From Chlamydiia bacterium (GTDB lineage Bacteria; Chlamydiota; Chlamydiia; Chlamydiales; RGXB01): DNA of 28,183 nt. Where the stretch lies: contig JBEIFH010000019.1 in the NCBI GenBank assembly GCA_040382515.1, positions 1 through 28,183 of the forward strand, read 5' to 3'. The notes beneath the pieces were generated by a model. That model worked only from the letters and a program-made list of their open reading frames with translations, had not been told where the DNA came from and made no database searches. The first letter of the stretch is position 1; every line of letters begins with the position of its first letter. The translations under genes were made by a program, and so were the position numbers. Shown here piece by piece: positions 8,340 through 16,401 of the stretch.

Positions 8340-9554
8340 ATGAGTCTAAGTATTATGAGAGTTCTTCCGATGGTCGTAGCATCGGCAGGTCTTTTTGGAG
8401 CAACTGCCCCAACACAAAAAAAGATCGATAAAAAAGATGTAAAAGATTGCAACTATCTTTGTTTGCCAAGCCCTATGCAGGAGTGTGATGCTCCCTGGGA
8501 CCTTTCTGCAGCTGCAACATATCAGCAAGTGCGGGTGCAAGCAGGGGAAGTGGCAGCTGTCACGAATGATAGATTGAACCAAATATTCCCTTCGGGCGGA
8601 CTAGGAATTCAGCCTTATGATGATTTTGCATGGGGTTTTCAGGTAGGAGCCGGTTACACGGATTACGAAAGAAATTGGAGAGTTGGGGTAAACTACAATT
8701 ATTTCAAAGCGATCTTTAATAGCCCTTACGAAACAGCGTATGGGCAAGCTTTTGCTCCTTCGCAATACGCAAACTCAAATGTGGATAATATCGGCCAGGC
8801 CCGTTTTTCCAGCAATATCCCTCTCGATACAGCGATTGGGCCTGCTACTGATCAATGGCAATCCGCAAACTCAAATGAGGATACTCTCGGCCAGGCCCGT
8901 TTTTTCAGCTCATCTCTTTTTACCAATCTTGACTACGGAAACTACACTCTTTTTAATAATGTCGATGTTCTCGTAGCAAGACCAAGCATGATCACTCCCA
9001 ATCTGGAGTTTACAACACAGTTCGGTATCGACGTCCAGTTCTTGCAAAGAAGGCAGATATCTGTTTTTACTAACTCCACGCAAGATACAACTTTGACCGG
9101 TTATATTTCCAACTTAGGGGGGTATTTTCAAAACTATCAAAAATACACTTGGTGGGGAGTTGGACCTGAAATTGGTTTCCATTCAAACTGGCATCTTGGA
9201 AGTAATTTCTTCTTCTTTTTTGATGGACAAGGTTCATTAGCTTACGGCCTTTCCACTGCAAGGAGCGCAACATTTTCTAAGCTCATTACAAATGTGAACT
9301 CATTCTTAGCACAAGAGGCGGCCACTCAAAATTCCATGTACCAATGGAGTCCTGCTATGAAATACCTTTTAGGTTTATCATGGTCAAGAGTCATGGACAG
9401 CAGCGAGGCTAGACTTTCTTTTAAAATAGCCTACAGCTCCCAGTATTTCTTCTATCTGATGAGATCGATTCAACCCGAAGGTGCCTACCGCTCCGAGAAT
9501 GGTGCCGGTTTTGGATTGCAAGGTTTGATCTTGAGTGCAGCGATCGACTTTTAA
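8340..9554 (+). CDS. MOMP-like outer-membrane porin, paralog 5
   Basis: 404 aa; signal peptide; CNYLCLPSPMQEC; WGFQVGAGY; QNYQKYTWWGVGP; C-terminal AAIDF; internal duplication in a loop. Confidence 0.8.
   Translation: MSLSIMRVLPMVVASAGLFGATAPTQKKIDKKDVKDCNYLCLPSPMQECDAPWDLSAAATYQQVRVQAGEVAAVTNDRLNQIFPSGGLGIQPYDDFAWGFQVGAGYTDYERNWRVGVNYNYFKAIFNSPYETAYGQAFAPSQYANSNVDNIGQARFSSNIPLDTAIGPATDQWQSANSNEDTLGQARFFSSSLFTNLDYGNYTLFNNVDVLVARPSMITPNLEFTTQFGIDVQFLQRRQISVFTNSTQDTTLTGYISNLGGYFQNYQKYTWWGVGPEIGFHSNWHLGSNFFFFFDGQGSLAYGLSTARSATFSKLITNVNSFLAQEAATQNSMYQWSPAMKYLLGLSWSRVMDSSEARLSFKIAYSSQYFFYLMRSIQPEGAYRSENGAGFGLQGLILSAAIDF
8762..8909 (+). repeat. 52-nt in-frame direct repeat (8762-8813 and 8858-8909), period 96 nt
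   Basis: 47/52 identical; encodes QYANSNVDNIGQARFSS and QSANSNEDTLGQARFFS. Confidence 0.95.
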
Positions 9555-9580
9555 ACAAAAACGATCCAGCTTGTGTTTCG

Positions 9581-9615
9581 AACAAAGGGCCTCTTCAAAG
9601 GCCCTTTGTTTTTTT
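9581..9615 (+). terminator. Intrinsic terminator after paralog 5
   Basis: AACAAAGGGCCT-CTTCAA-AGGCCCTTTGTT followed by a T-run. Confidence 0.9.
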
Positions 9616-9762
9616 ATGGTGAAGACGGTTTTTGCATACAAAAGAACCTACCAACTATTTAAAAAGGCTTAATCCTTTTAGAGTACTGTATGGAACCGAT
9701 TTTCAACCCTAATTAAAAGTATTTGTTGAATCGAAAATTGATTCTTTCTAGAAGAGGGTGTT

Positions 9763-10950
9763 ATGGTAAAAAACGCTCCTTATCTATTTGGTGGTATTCT
9801 TACAGCTGGTTCTCTAGCCGTTTTTTCTTTTATTTCCCCTTTTGGCAATCGATTTTTATCTGAAAAAAATTTCCCGGCAGGGAATGAAATTTTTTTAGGA
9901 GCTGTGCAAAGAAAAGAGGGGACCCAATTGCAAGAGGGGTGCACTTTTTTGGAATATGCCGCCCCTCAGGTTGGATGCGATTATGCCTTTGATATAGGTG
10001 CTGCTGCTACCTATTTTATCTCTTCAACACAAGGAACAGAGGTAGCCGTTCTTACAAATGATCGACTTAACAGCATCTTTCCTACAGGCGGCGTAGGAAT
10101 CCAGCCCCCGGAGTCCCTCTCATGGGCTTTCAAAGTCCATGTAGGACATAAAATCGAGCATGGGAACTGGTTTCTTTTTTCGGAATATAACTCTTATAAA
10201 TCTATTTCGAACTCGGGTTACAAAACTAGTTACGGACAAGCTTTGGCTCCCTCTGCATATGCAAACCAGCAAATCGATAGCACCCCATTTCAAACCACCC
10301 TTTTTTCCAACTTGGAAATGGGGACCTATACCCTGTTAAACAACGTACGTTTGATTCTATGCCGTCCAAGTTTAATCACTCCTAACCTCGAATTTACTAC
10401 GCTTTTCGGCATGGACTCTAATTTTTTGCAAAGAAGGCAGATAAGCATTTTCACCAATGCAACAACGGATACCGCTTCGGTCGGTTTTATCAGTTCCTTG
10501 GGGGGCTATTTTCAAAATTACCAAAAAATAACCTGGTGGGGTATTGGCCCCTCTATTGGGTTTAAGACACGATGGAATTTGGGGAGCAATTTCTATTTTT
10601 TGGCAAATGCCTATGGTGCTTTAACTTATGGGAACTCTACATCCCGCACGGCTACTTCAATTAAAAGAGTTGCTAGCAGTGGATCCGGTTTTATCAATTA
10701 CACCGGTTTAGAGGCTGCTGTACAGAGTGGAATGTACCAATACGCCCCCTCCATGCGTTATCTGATCGGAATAGATTACGAGTATCTTTGTTTTGGAGAA
10801 AAAACCCAGGTAAATTTTCAAATTGCTTATGAGACAGCCTACTATTTTAATTTGATGCGCTCTATCAATCCCGAAGGGGCTTACCGTGCCGAAAATGGTG
10901 CCGGCTACGGCATCCAAGGATTGGTTCTTCAGGCTGGAGTCACCTTTTAG
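9763..10950 (+). CDS. MOMP-like outer-membrane porin, paralog 6
   Basis: 395 aa; closest to paralog 5 (TNDRLNxIFPxGGxGIQP, MRSIxPEGAYRxENGAG); QNYQKITWWGIGP; C-terminal AGVTF; longer N-terminus. Confidence 0.8.
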   Translation: MVKNAPYLFGGILTAGSLAVFSFISPFGNRFLSEKNFPAGNEIFLGAVQRKEGTQLQEGCTFLEYAAPQVGCDYAFDIGAAATYFISSTQGTEVAVLTNDRLNSIFPTGGVGIQPPESLSWAFKVHVGHKIEHGNWFLFSEYNSYKSISNSGYKTSYGQALAPSAYANQQIDSTPFQTTLFSNLEMGTYTLLNNVRLILCRPSLITPNLEFTTLFGMDSNFLQRRQISIFTNATTDTASVGFISSLGGYFQNYQKITWWGIGPSIGFKTRWNLGSNFYFLANAYGALTYGNSTSRTATSIKRVASSGSGFINYTGLEAAVQSGMYQYAPSMRYLIGIDYEYLCFGEKTQVNFQIAYETAYYFNLMRSINPEGAYRAENGAGYGIQGLVLQAGVTF

Positions 10951-10975
10951 GCGCTTTTTAAGCAAGAAAAAGCGC
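10951..10975. terminator. Hairpin directly after paralog 6 (possible terminator or stabiliser, no clear U-tail)
   Basis: GCGCTTTTT-AAGCAAG-AAAAAGCGC, 9-bp stem, between convergent genes. Confidence 0.45.
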
Positions 10976-11067
10976 TGTCATGCAATTTCATTTTTTGAAC
11001 AAAAAGCTTACAAAGCATTTTTCTAGAAATTGGGTCAAAGCGCCATTTTTTTTGATTTGCCGAGATC

Positions 11068-12078
11068 TTACTGCTGGATGGCAAGCTCGTTTTGCTGGGC
11101 AAAAGAGAGGGCTGAAAAATCAAATGCCCTAATATGGGAGTACATCTCCTCAAGGGTTTGCGACCGGTTCACAAGATCTCGGAGCTGTTTTGCGCCATTG
11201 AGGTCTCGAAGGTACCAGCATGCGACTCTTCTTAAACTTAAAAGGGCTTTTCGCGGAGCTTCGTACCGGATAATTTCATCGCAGTGCTCCGTCAATGTAT
11301 TTTTGACCAGGTCAGGAGTTGGTAAAACCTGTTGTTGGCCACTCAAAACGTCGACAATTTCTTGATGGATCCAGGGCCTCCCCATCGTCCCCCTCGCAAC
11401 TAAAATACCGCTGCAACCACGATCCAACAGATCTTTTGCTGAGGCCGGATCGAAAATATCCCCATTTCCGATCACATGGATATTTTTTGCGTGCTGTACC
11501 GCTTCCTGAATCAGATCACGGTTGGAAAAACCTCTATAACCTTGCTCTCTTGTGCGCCCGTGAATAGTGATGGCACAGACACCCGCAGCCTCCGCCAATT
11601 CTACCATTTTCGTGTGGATGAGCTGCTTTTCATCCCAGCCTACACGGATTTTTACCGTTACAGGGATTTCGACACTTTTCACAATTGCTACAAGGATCTC
11701 GAAAAGGCGATCCAAAGTTTTTAATAAAGCAGAACCGCTCCCATCTTTAGTGACTTTATCTACGGGGCACCCGCAGTTTAAGTCCACGACGTCAAAGCCT
11801 AAATCCTCTATAATTTTTGCTGCAGCCGGAGCCAATTTTGGATCGCTACCGCACAGCTGAGCCCCAATCGGATGCATGGAGGGATCAAAATCGAGGAATC
11901 GAAACGTGGAGGATTCTTTTCGGACAAGGGCTTCCATCTTGCACATTTCGGTAAACATGAGCCCCGGTTTGTATTTTGCACTCAATCTCCGAAAGGGGTA
12001 GTCAGAGCAACCTGCAAGAGGAGCGTACCAGACATTTGAGGGGAGGAGAAGGTTTTTGAGTTTTAAAGGGCGAATCAT
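11068..12078 (-). CDS. dusB: tRNA-dihydrouridine synthase DusB
   Basis: APLAGCSD, QLCGSDP, DLNCGCP, GSGSALL, TVKIRVGW, IHGRT, GNGDI, ARG motifs. Confidence 0.92.
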   Translation of the reverse strand: MIRPLKLKNLLLPSNVWYAPLAGCSDYPFRRLSAKYKPGLMFTEMCKMEALVRKESSTFRFLDFDPSMHPIGAQLCGSDPKLAPAAAKIIEDLGFDVVDLNCGCPVDKVTKDGSGSALLKTLDRLFEILVAIVKSVEIPVTVKIRVGWDEKQLIHTKMVELAEAAGVCAITIHGRTREQGYRGFSNRDLIQEAVQHAKNIHVIGNGDIFDPASAKDLLDRGCSGILVARGTMGRPWIHQEIVDVLSGQQQVLPTPDLVKNTLTEHCDEIIRYEAPRKALLSLRRVACWYLRDLNGAKQLRDLVNRSQTLEEMYSHIRAFDFSALSFAQQNELAIQQ

Positions 12079-12320
12079 AAAAAATGCCTTAACAGTGTCT
12101 GTAGCCCTTGTAAAAGAAAGAGGGCAAGCATCGGAGAAAGATCTAAAATACCGCCGATAGGGGGGATCCGGTTTCTGAAAAATTTAAGGTAGGGGTCCGT
12201 GCACTTTTCTATTAAATTTGACAGGGGATATTTTCTTAGTTCGGGCAGCCAGGAAAGCATGATCCGTAACATCAGACAAAACCCGTAAATGGTGAGAAGG
12301 GGGTCGATCCAAGAAAGCAT
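12075..12320 (-). CDS. yggT: YggT family membrane protein
   Basis: 81 aa; RIMLSW.P ... TDPYL..FR..IPPIGG.LDLSP; ATGA overlap with dusB. Confidence 0.9.
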   Translation of the reverse strand: MLSWIDPLLTIYGFCLMLRIMLSWLPELRKYPLSNLIEKCTDPYLKFFRNRIPPIGGILDLSPMLALFLLQGLQTLLRHFL

Positions 12321-12342
12321 ATTGGTCCTTATCCTTTAATTG

Positions 12343-12351
12343 TGCTATAAT
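12343..12351 (+). promoter_or_regulatory. Extended -10 promoter element for the 12449 operon
   Basis: TGCTATAAT matches TGnTATAAT, about 100 nt upstream of ATG12449. Confidence 0.55.
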
Positions 12352-12448
12352 TTTCGAATTAGATCGGGACGGCCATTTGTTTAAATTTGCCTCTTTTCAA
12401 GAGGGGCTGCCCTACAATTTTAAATAGGATAACCGATTTTCCAAATCT

Positions 12449-13588
12449 ATGAAAGCTCTAGGAACCTCTTTTCTTTTCAAAAAAAAATCGGACACCTGTC
12501 TCCTTCAAAAAAAGGGGGGAGAACGGTCCTATGAAAAAACTCCTTTAAATACTGAGGAGAAACTTCTTACCGCCTCCTGTTGTTTTTTTGAAGATGTCAA
12601 GGTCCGTTTTTACCCCTTGCCCGAAACAAGCCTGAAAAATCAAAAAAAAATTCTCGCCCATAAATTATCTCTGGAACCTTTGATGGATCTGGAGGGTTTA
12701 AAATATACCTTTAAAAAAGCCCCTTTTGGGGTCGAGGTGCATTTCTTTGAAAAAAAACGTCTCGAACCCTTTGTAGAATCTTTTGACTTCATTACGAGCC
12801 CGCAACAGGCCTTGTTTAGATTTTTGAAGGACTACAAGCGATTGAAAGATCCGGCACTGGTGATTATCCTAAAAAAACAGGAGCTGTTTTGCATGCATTA
12901 CACCCCTTCTCGTTGGATGGGGTTTGCAACTTTGCCCCATGCAGCCGAGCAGGTGGAAGAGCTCAAAAAGCGTTGGAATTTAGAGGTGGTTTTTTATGGC
13001 GATGCCGGGGATAGGGGAAATTTTTTTAGGTTCCCTGATACCTATGAGGTGCTACCTGACGAGGCGCTCTCCATCGGATCTGCGATTGAATTGCTTGAGA
13101 CCGAAGGGATCTTTTTTCACCAGCCTTTGGAAAGCCTAGAAGTTAGAAATACCCTTTTGAAAAGAAGTCAATCTATCTGTATTAAATTTGGTTTAATAGT
13201 CCTTAGTGGCGCTGTTTTTTTACAGCAGTTTGTCCACCAAGAAAGTGGTCGGTTGGAAAAAGAGTTGAAGGTTTTGGAATCGCTAGAGGACTTTGGACAA
13301 CTTGTACCTCCCAGCCCACCTAAGGTTTCCCCCCTTTTAAGGGATCTTGTTTCTTCTATTGAACCCTACGATTTAGAACTGGTAGATTTCCAGTTCTCGG
13401 TAGATATTTTTGATAAAAAACCCGTCTATGAACTGCGGTTCGAATTGAAGGGCTCCTCTGAACAAATGGAAAAATATGCACAATCTGTTACAAAGATACC
13501 TGGATCGATTTTTGCTAAAAGCCAACGAGTTTCTGCCTCTAATAAAGACATTTTTGTCGTCAAGGTACCCTTCCGCAGTTCCGTTTAG
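12449..13588 (+). CDS. Hypothetical membrane-anchored protein (single TM, coiled coil, C-terminal alpha/beta domain)
   Basis: 379-aa ORF; one hydrophobic segment (FGLIVLSGAVFL) at about residue 250; first gene of the operon ending in ygfA. Confidence 0.7.
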   Translation: MKALGTSFLFKKKSDTCLLQKKGGERSYEKTPLNTEEKLLTASCCFFEDVKVRFYPLPETSLKNQKKILAHKLSLEPLMDLEGLKYTFKKAPFGVEVHFFEKKRLEPFVESFDFITSPQQALFRFLKDYKRLKDPALVIILKKQELFCMHYTPSRWMGFATLPHAAEQVEELKKRWNLEVVFYGDAGDRGNFFRFPDTYEVLPDEALSIGSAIELLETEGIFFHQPLESLEVRNTLLKRSQSICIKFGLIVLSGAVFLQQFVHQESGRLEKELKVLESLEDFGQLVPPSPPKVSPLLRDLVSSIEPYDLELVDFQFSVDIFDKKPVYELRFELKGSSEQMEKYAQSVTKIPGSIFAKSQRVSASNKDIFVVKVPFRSSV

Positions 13589-14156
13589 TTTTTGGATCAA
13601 TTTTTTAGGGCTCCCTCTTTTACCGATTGTCCTCATCATTTGTTACGGTTCTGTCTGTGGATATGTTTTGCATAAAAAGGGGGAGCTTGTTGAGGAGGGA
13701 AAACTTCGTTTGGCCCGCTCAATATTGGAAAAAGAGAAGTATGAAGAATTTAAAACCGTTTATCTGCAGAAAAAGACTTTCAGCCTGGATGAGACTTTTG
13801 CCTCTTTTGAGCTACTGAAAGAGTTAAAAAATCCTGAAAGGGAGGTTATTTTGAAGCAAGGAGCTGCTGCTTTCCAAAAAATTGAGGGGCAGAAAATTGC
13901 TTTTGAGAAGGGGAGCACTAAAATCTTTCGACCCTATTTTTATGAGGAGAAGAAATTAGAAAAACCCGTTTACATGGATCAAACCGATCTGATCTCTTTC
14001 TTGAAAAAAGTTGAAAATGATCTCTATAGCGAGCGCAACCATTTAGGTGCCGGAGCTCTGTTTTTCACCCATTTCAAAATGAAGAGAGTCCAAGAGAGCT
14101 TCGGAAGCTTTTACCTGGTTGATGCAAGAATTATGGAAAAAAGGGGGATAGTATGA
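13476..14156 (+). CDS. Hypothetical membrane-anchored protein (start uncertain)
   Basis: 226-aa ORF; TM segment FLGLPLLPIVLIICYG followed by a charged helix; ATGA overlap with the next gene. Confidence 0.7.
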   Translation: MHNLLQRYLDRFLLKANEFLPLIKTFLSSRYPSAVPFSFWINFLGLPLLPIVLIICYGSVCGYVLHKKGELVEEGKLRLARSILEKEKYEEFKTVYLQKKTFSLDETFASFELLKELKNPEREVILKQGAAAFQKIEGQKIAFEKGSTKIFRPYFYEEKKLEKPVYMDQTDLISFLKKVENDLYSERNHLGAGALFFTHFKMKRVQESFGSFYLVDARIMEKRGIV

Positions 14157-15418
14157 AAAAGAGATTCGATGCAAAAAAGGGCTGGATTGCTCTACTTATT
14201 TTACTGTCTAGCTGCGGCTTCAAAGGGAGCAGCTCCGAACCAGTCTTAATCTCCTTACAGTTGAAGGATCGAAATGGAGTCCAAGAGACGATCTCAGAAC
14301 CTCAACGATTAGAAAAATATACTCATGTGAATTTTTTAGATCCTCAACCATACGAAAAGGTGACGTGTCACTTCAAACAAAAGGGTTTTACCAGTTCCAA
14401 AGTCCTTTCCTACCATAAAAATGGTCAGCTTATGCAATCTTTGGATGTCGTATCTGCGAGGGCAAAGGGTGCCTATAGGGAGTTTTTTGAAAACGGTAAA
14501 ATCAAATTGGAGGCAGAAGTTGTCGAGGGGATCGGGGACCTCTCATTTGCAGCGCAAGAGAGCTGGATATTTGACGGCCACTCTAAGGTATACTATGAAA
14601 ATGGGACTTTAAAGGCGCTTATTCCCTACAAAAAAGGGATTTTAGAGGGGCAATCTATTTTTTATAAAGAGGATGGTTCAGTTTGGAAACAAACACCTTT
14701 TGTTGCGGGTCAAATGCACGGCAAAGAGCTTTTTTTCGGTTCTGATCAGGAAATTTTGGGATCGGTGAATTATGAAAAAGGGCTTCGAGACGGACCTGCA
14801 TGGGTAAGCGCGAGGCAAAACGGTTTGAATGTGCATGAGAAGTACGAGAAAGGAAAATTGATCGAGGGGGAGTATCGGGACGCGAAAGGAGTTTTGCTTT
14901 CCCAAGTCGTACAAGGGGAGGGCGTTTGCACCTTTTTTGAAAAAGGGGCTCTTTGCCGAACCGAAGAAATAGCGGGTGGAATTGTTGAAGGAAAGATAAG
15001 TTTTTATCGCCCTAATGGGGGATTGGACCATACCTTTGTGCAAAAGAATGGGTTGAAGGAGGGGGAAGAGTGGTTTTATCACGCTAATTCAAAACCTAAA
15101 TTGAAGGTGATCTGGGAAAATGATCAGATTCATGGTGTAGTGCAATCATGGTATGATGATGGAGTGATTGAAAGCGAGCGGATGTATGCCTCCAACAAAA
15201 AAGAGGGTTCAGCGTTTGCCTGGTACAAAGAGGGTTCCAGAATGCTTATAGAGGAGTATGAGAATGACATTCTGATTTCTGGGCGCTATTTCAAAAAGGG
15301 GGATTCGGAGCCAGTCTCGAGGGTCAAAGAGGGGGAAGGGACAGCTACTTTATTTGATGCAAAGGGGAATTTTTTAAATAAAGTAACCTATAAAAAAGGG
15401 TTGCCGGTTCATGGATAA
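14153..15418 (+). CDS. MORN-variant repeat (YwqK-like) lipoprotein
   Basis: Lipobox LLSS-C; many G..[Y/F][Y/F]ENG...E..Y..G..[E/H]G repeats. Confidence 0.85.
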   Translation: MKKRFDAKKGWIALLILLSSCGFKGSSSEPVLISLQLKDRNGVQETISEPQRLEKYTHVNFLDPQPYEKVTCHFKQKGFTSSKVLSYHKNGQLMQSLDVVSARAKGAYREFFENGKIKLEAEVVEGIGDLSFAAQESWIFDGHSKVYYENGTLKALIPYKKGILEGQSIFYKEDGSVWKQTPFVAGQMHGKELFFGSDQEILGSVNYEKGLRDGPAWVSARQNGLNVHEKYEKGKLIEGEYRDAKGVLLSQVVQGEGVCTFFEKGALCRTEEIAGGIVEGKISFYRPNGGLDHTFVQKNGLKEGEEWFYHANSKPKLKVIWENDQIHGVVQSWYDDGVIESERMYASNKKEGSAFAWYKEGSRMLIEEYENDILISGRYFKKGDSEPVSRVKEGEGTATLFDAKGNFLNKVTYKKGLPVHG

Positions 15419-15917
15419 GGATCAATGGAGGGACTTTTTGAAAAAAGCATTCCCTCACGGTAGAGGGGCTCCTCAAAATCTGGTGGAAGAGGTCAGCCCC
15501 TTTTTAGAAGGGGATGTGTTGAGCTTTTTTCCCTTGTCTGACGAGCTCGATATTGGAGCGCTGAATCTCTGGCTTCTTGAAGAGGGGCGTCTCTATTTTC
15601 CGAAAATCGAGGGGGATCAATTGGTCGTGAAGAGGGTCGTTGAGATTGAACCGAAAAAAAAGGGTTCTTACGGAACTCATGAGCCTATAAAGACGATCTG
15701 TTCTGACAAGAACCAAATTTCCACGATTCTTGTACCTGCTTTGGGTTTGGATTTCTCTTTTCATAGAATAGGTCGTGGAAAAGGGTATTATGACCGTTTT
15801 TTAAAGGGACTGGATCTAAAAGTTTCACGTATCTCTATCATCTATAAAGAACAGCTTGTTCCCTCTTTGCCAAAAGAAATTTGGGATCAAAAAGTCGATA
15901 AGATTTTTGTCTATTAA
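15411..15917 (+). CDS. ygfA: 5-formyltetrahydrofolate cyclo-ligase
   Basis: ILVPALGLD...RIGRGKGYYDRFL and WDQKVDKI motifs. Confidence 0.9.
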   Translation: MDKDQWRDFLKKAFPHGRGAPQNLVEEVSPFLEGDVLSFFPLSDELDIGALNLWLLEEGRLYFPKIEGDQLVVKRVVEIEPKKKGSYGTHEPIKTICSDKNQISTILVPALGLDFSFHRIGRGKGYYDRFLKGLDLKVSRISIIYKEQLVPSLPKEIWDQKVDKIFVY

Positions 15918-16017
15918 ATAGTCCCCTTTTGAAGGATCTTTTGAAAATTGGTAGGGGGCAAGATGGGATCTTTTATCTTTTTTAATCTCAATTAGCTAGA
16001 GGAGGAGAAGGCCAGAA

Positions 16018-16401
16018 TTAGTACTCGATAAATGGTCGAGTATTTTGATTGGGCTGTTCATTTTTTGGATTTTTGATTTTACACCCTTTTGGTCCTTCAG
16101 GAGAACCCATAGCATTTACAAAAGCACCCGTAGGGACGCTCGGCCAAGCCCCAAAAAGCTCTCCCGTATCGCAAAAAAACGAAACACGAAAGGGGGTTGT
16201 CGTCCAGGTGGGATTAGGCTGATTACCGGCATATCCCAACTCCCAGACAAGAGTTACCCAAGGTCCGATATCAAGAGTTTGCAGCTGCGTTCCATCCCAA
16301 GAGTAGATGGTACAGTGGAGATCAAATGCAGAATCGTTGAAAAGTCTCAAGGTTTGACCAAACAAAGACAAACTAAAAAGTAGGGAGAACCATTTCATCA
16401 T
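16018..16401 (-). CDS. Small exported hypothetical protein
   Basis: 127 aa; signal-peptide-like N-terminus (MMKWFSLLFSLSLFG); 31 nt downstream of oppA on the same strand. Confidence 0.7.
   Translation of the reverse strand: MMKWFSLLFSLSLFGQTLRLFNDSAFDLHCTIYSWDGTQLQTLDIGPWVTLVWELGYAGNQPNPTWTTTPFRVSFFCDTGELFGAWPSVPTGAFVNAMGSPEGPKGCKIKNPKNEQPNQNTRPFIEY

Noticed and set aside
8762..8909. Diversity-generating retroelement TR/VR pair or mini-CRISPR
   Set aside because: The mismatches are not confined to adenines of one copy (three A in copy 1, one A in copy 2, one C/T). No reverse transcriptase or cas gene is in the window, there are only two copies, and both are in-frame coding sequence.
62..10551. 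The QNYQKxxWWG-encoding segment as a DNA-level recombination site
   Set aside because: Third codon positions vary freely among the six copies, so conservation is at the protein level.
663..10950. N-x-S/T sequons in the porins as evidence of N-glycosylation
   Set aside because: Sequons are present (NET, NAT, NST, NYT) but expected in Asn/Ser/Thr-rich proteins, and no oligosaccharyltransferase is in the window.
15300..15420. 6S RNA upstream of ygfA
   Set aside because: ygfA overlaps the preceding CDS, leaving no room for ssrS.
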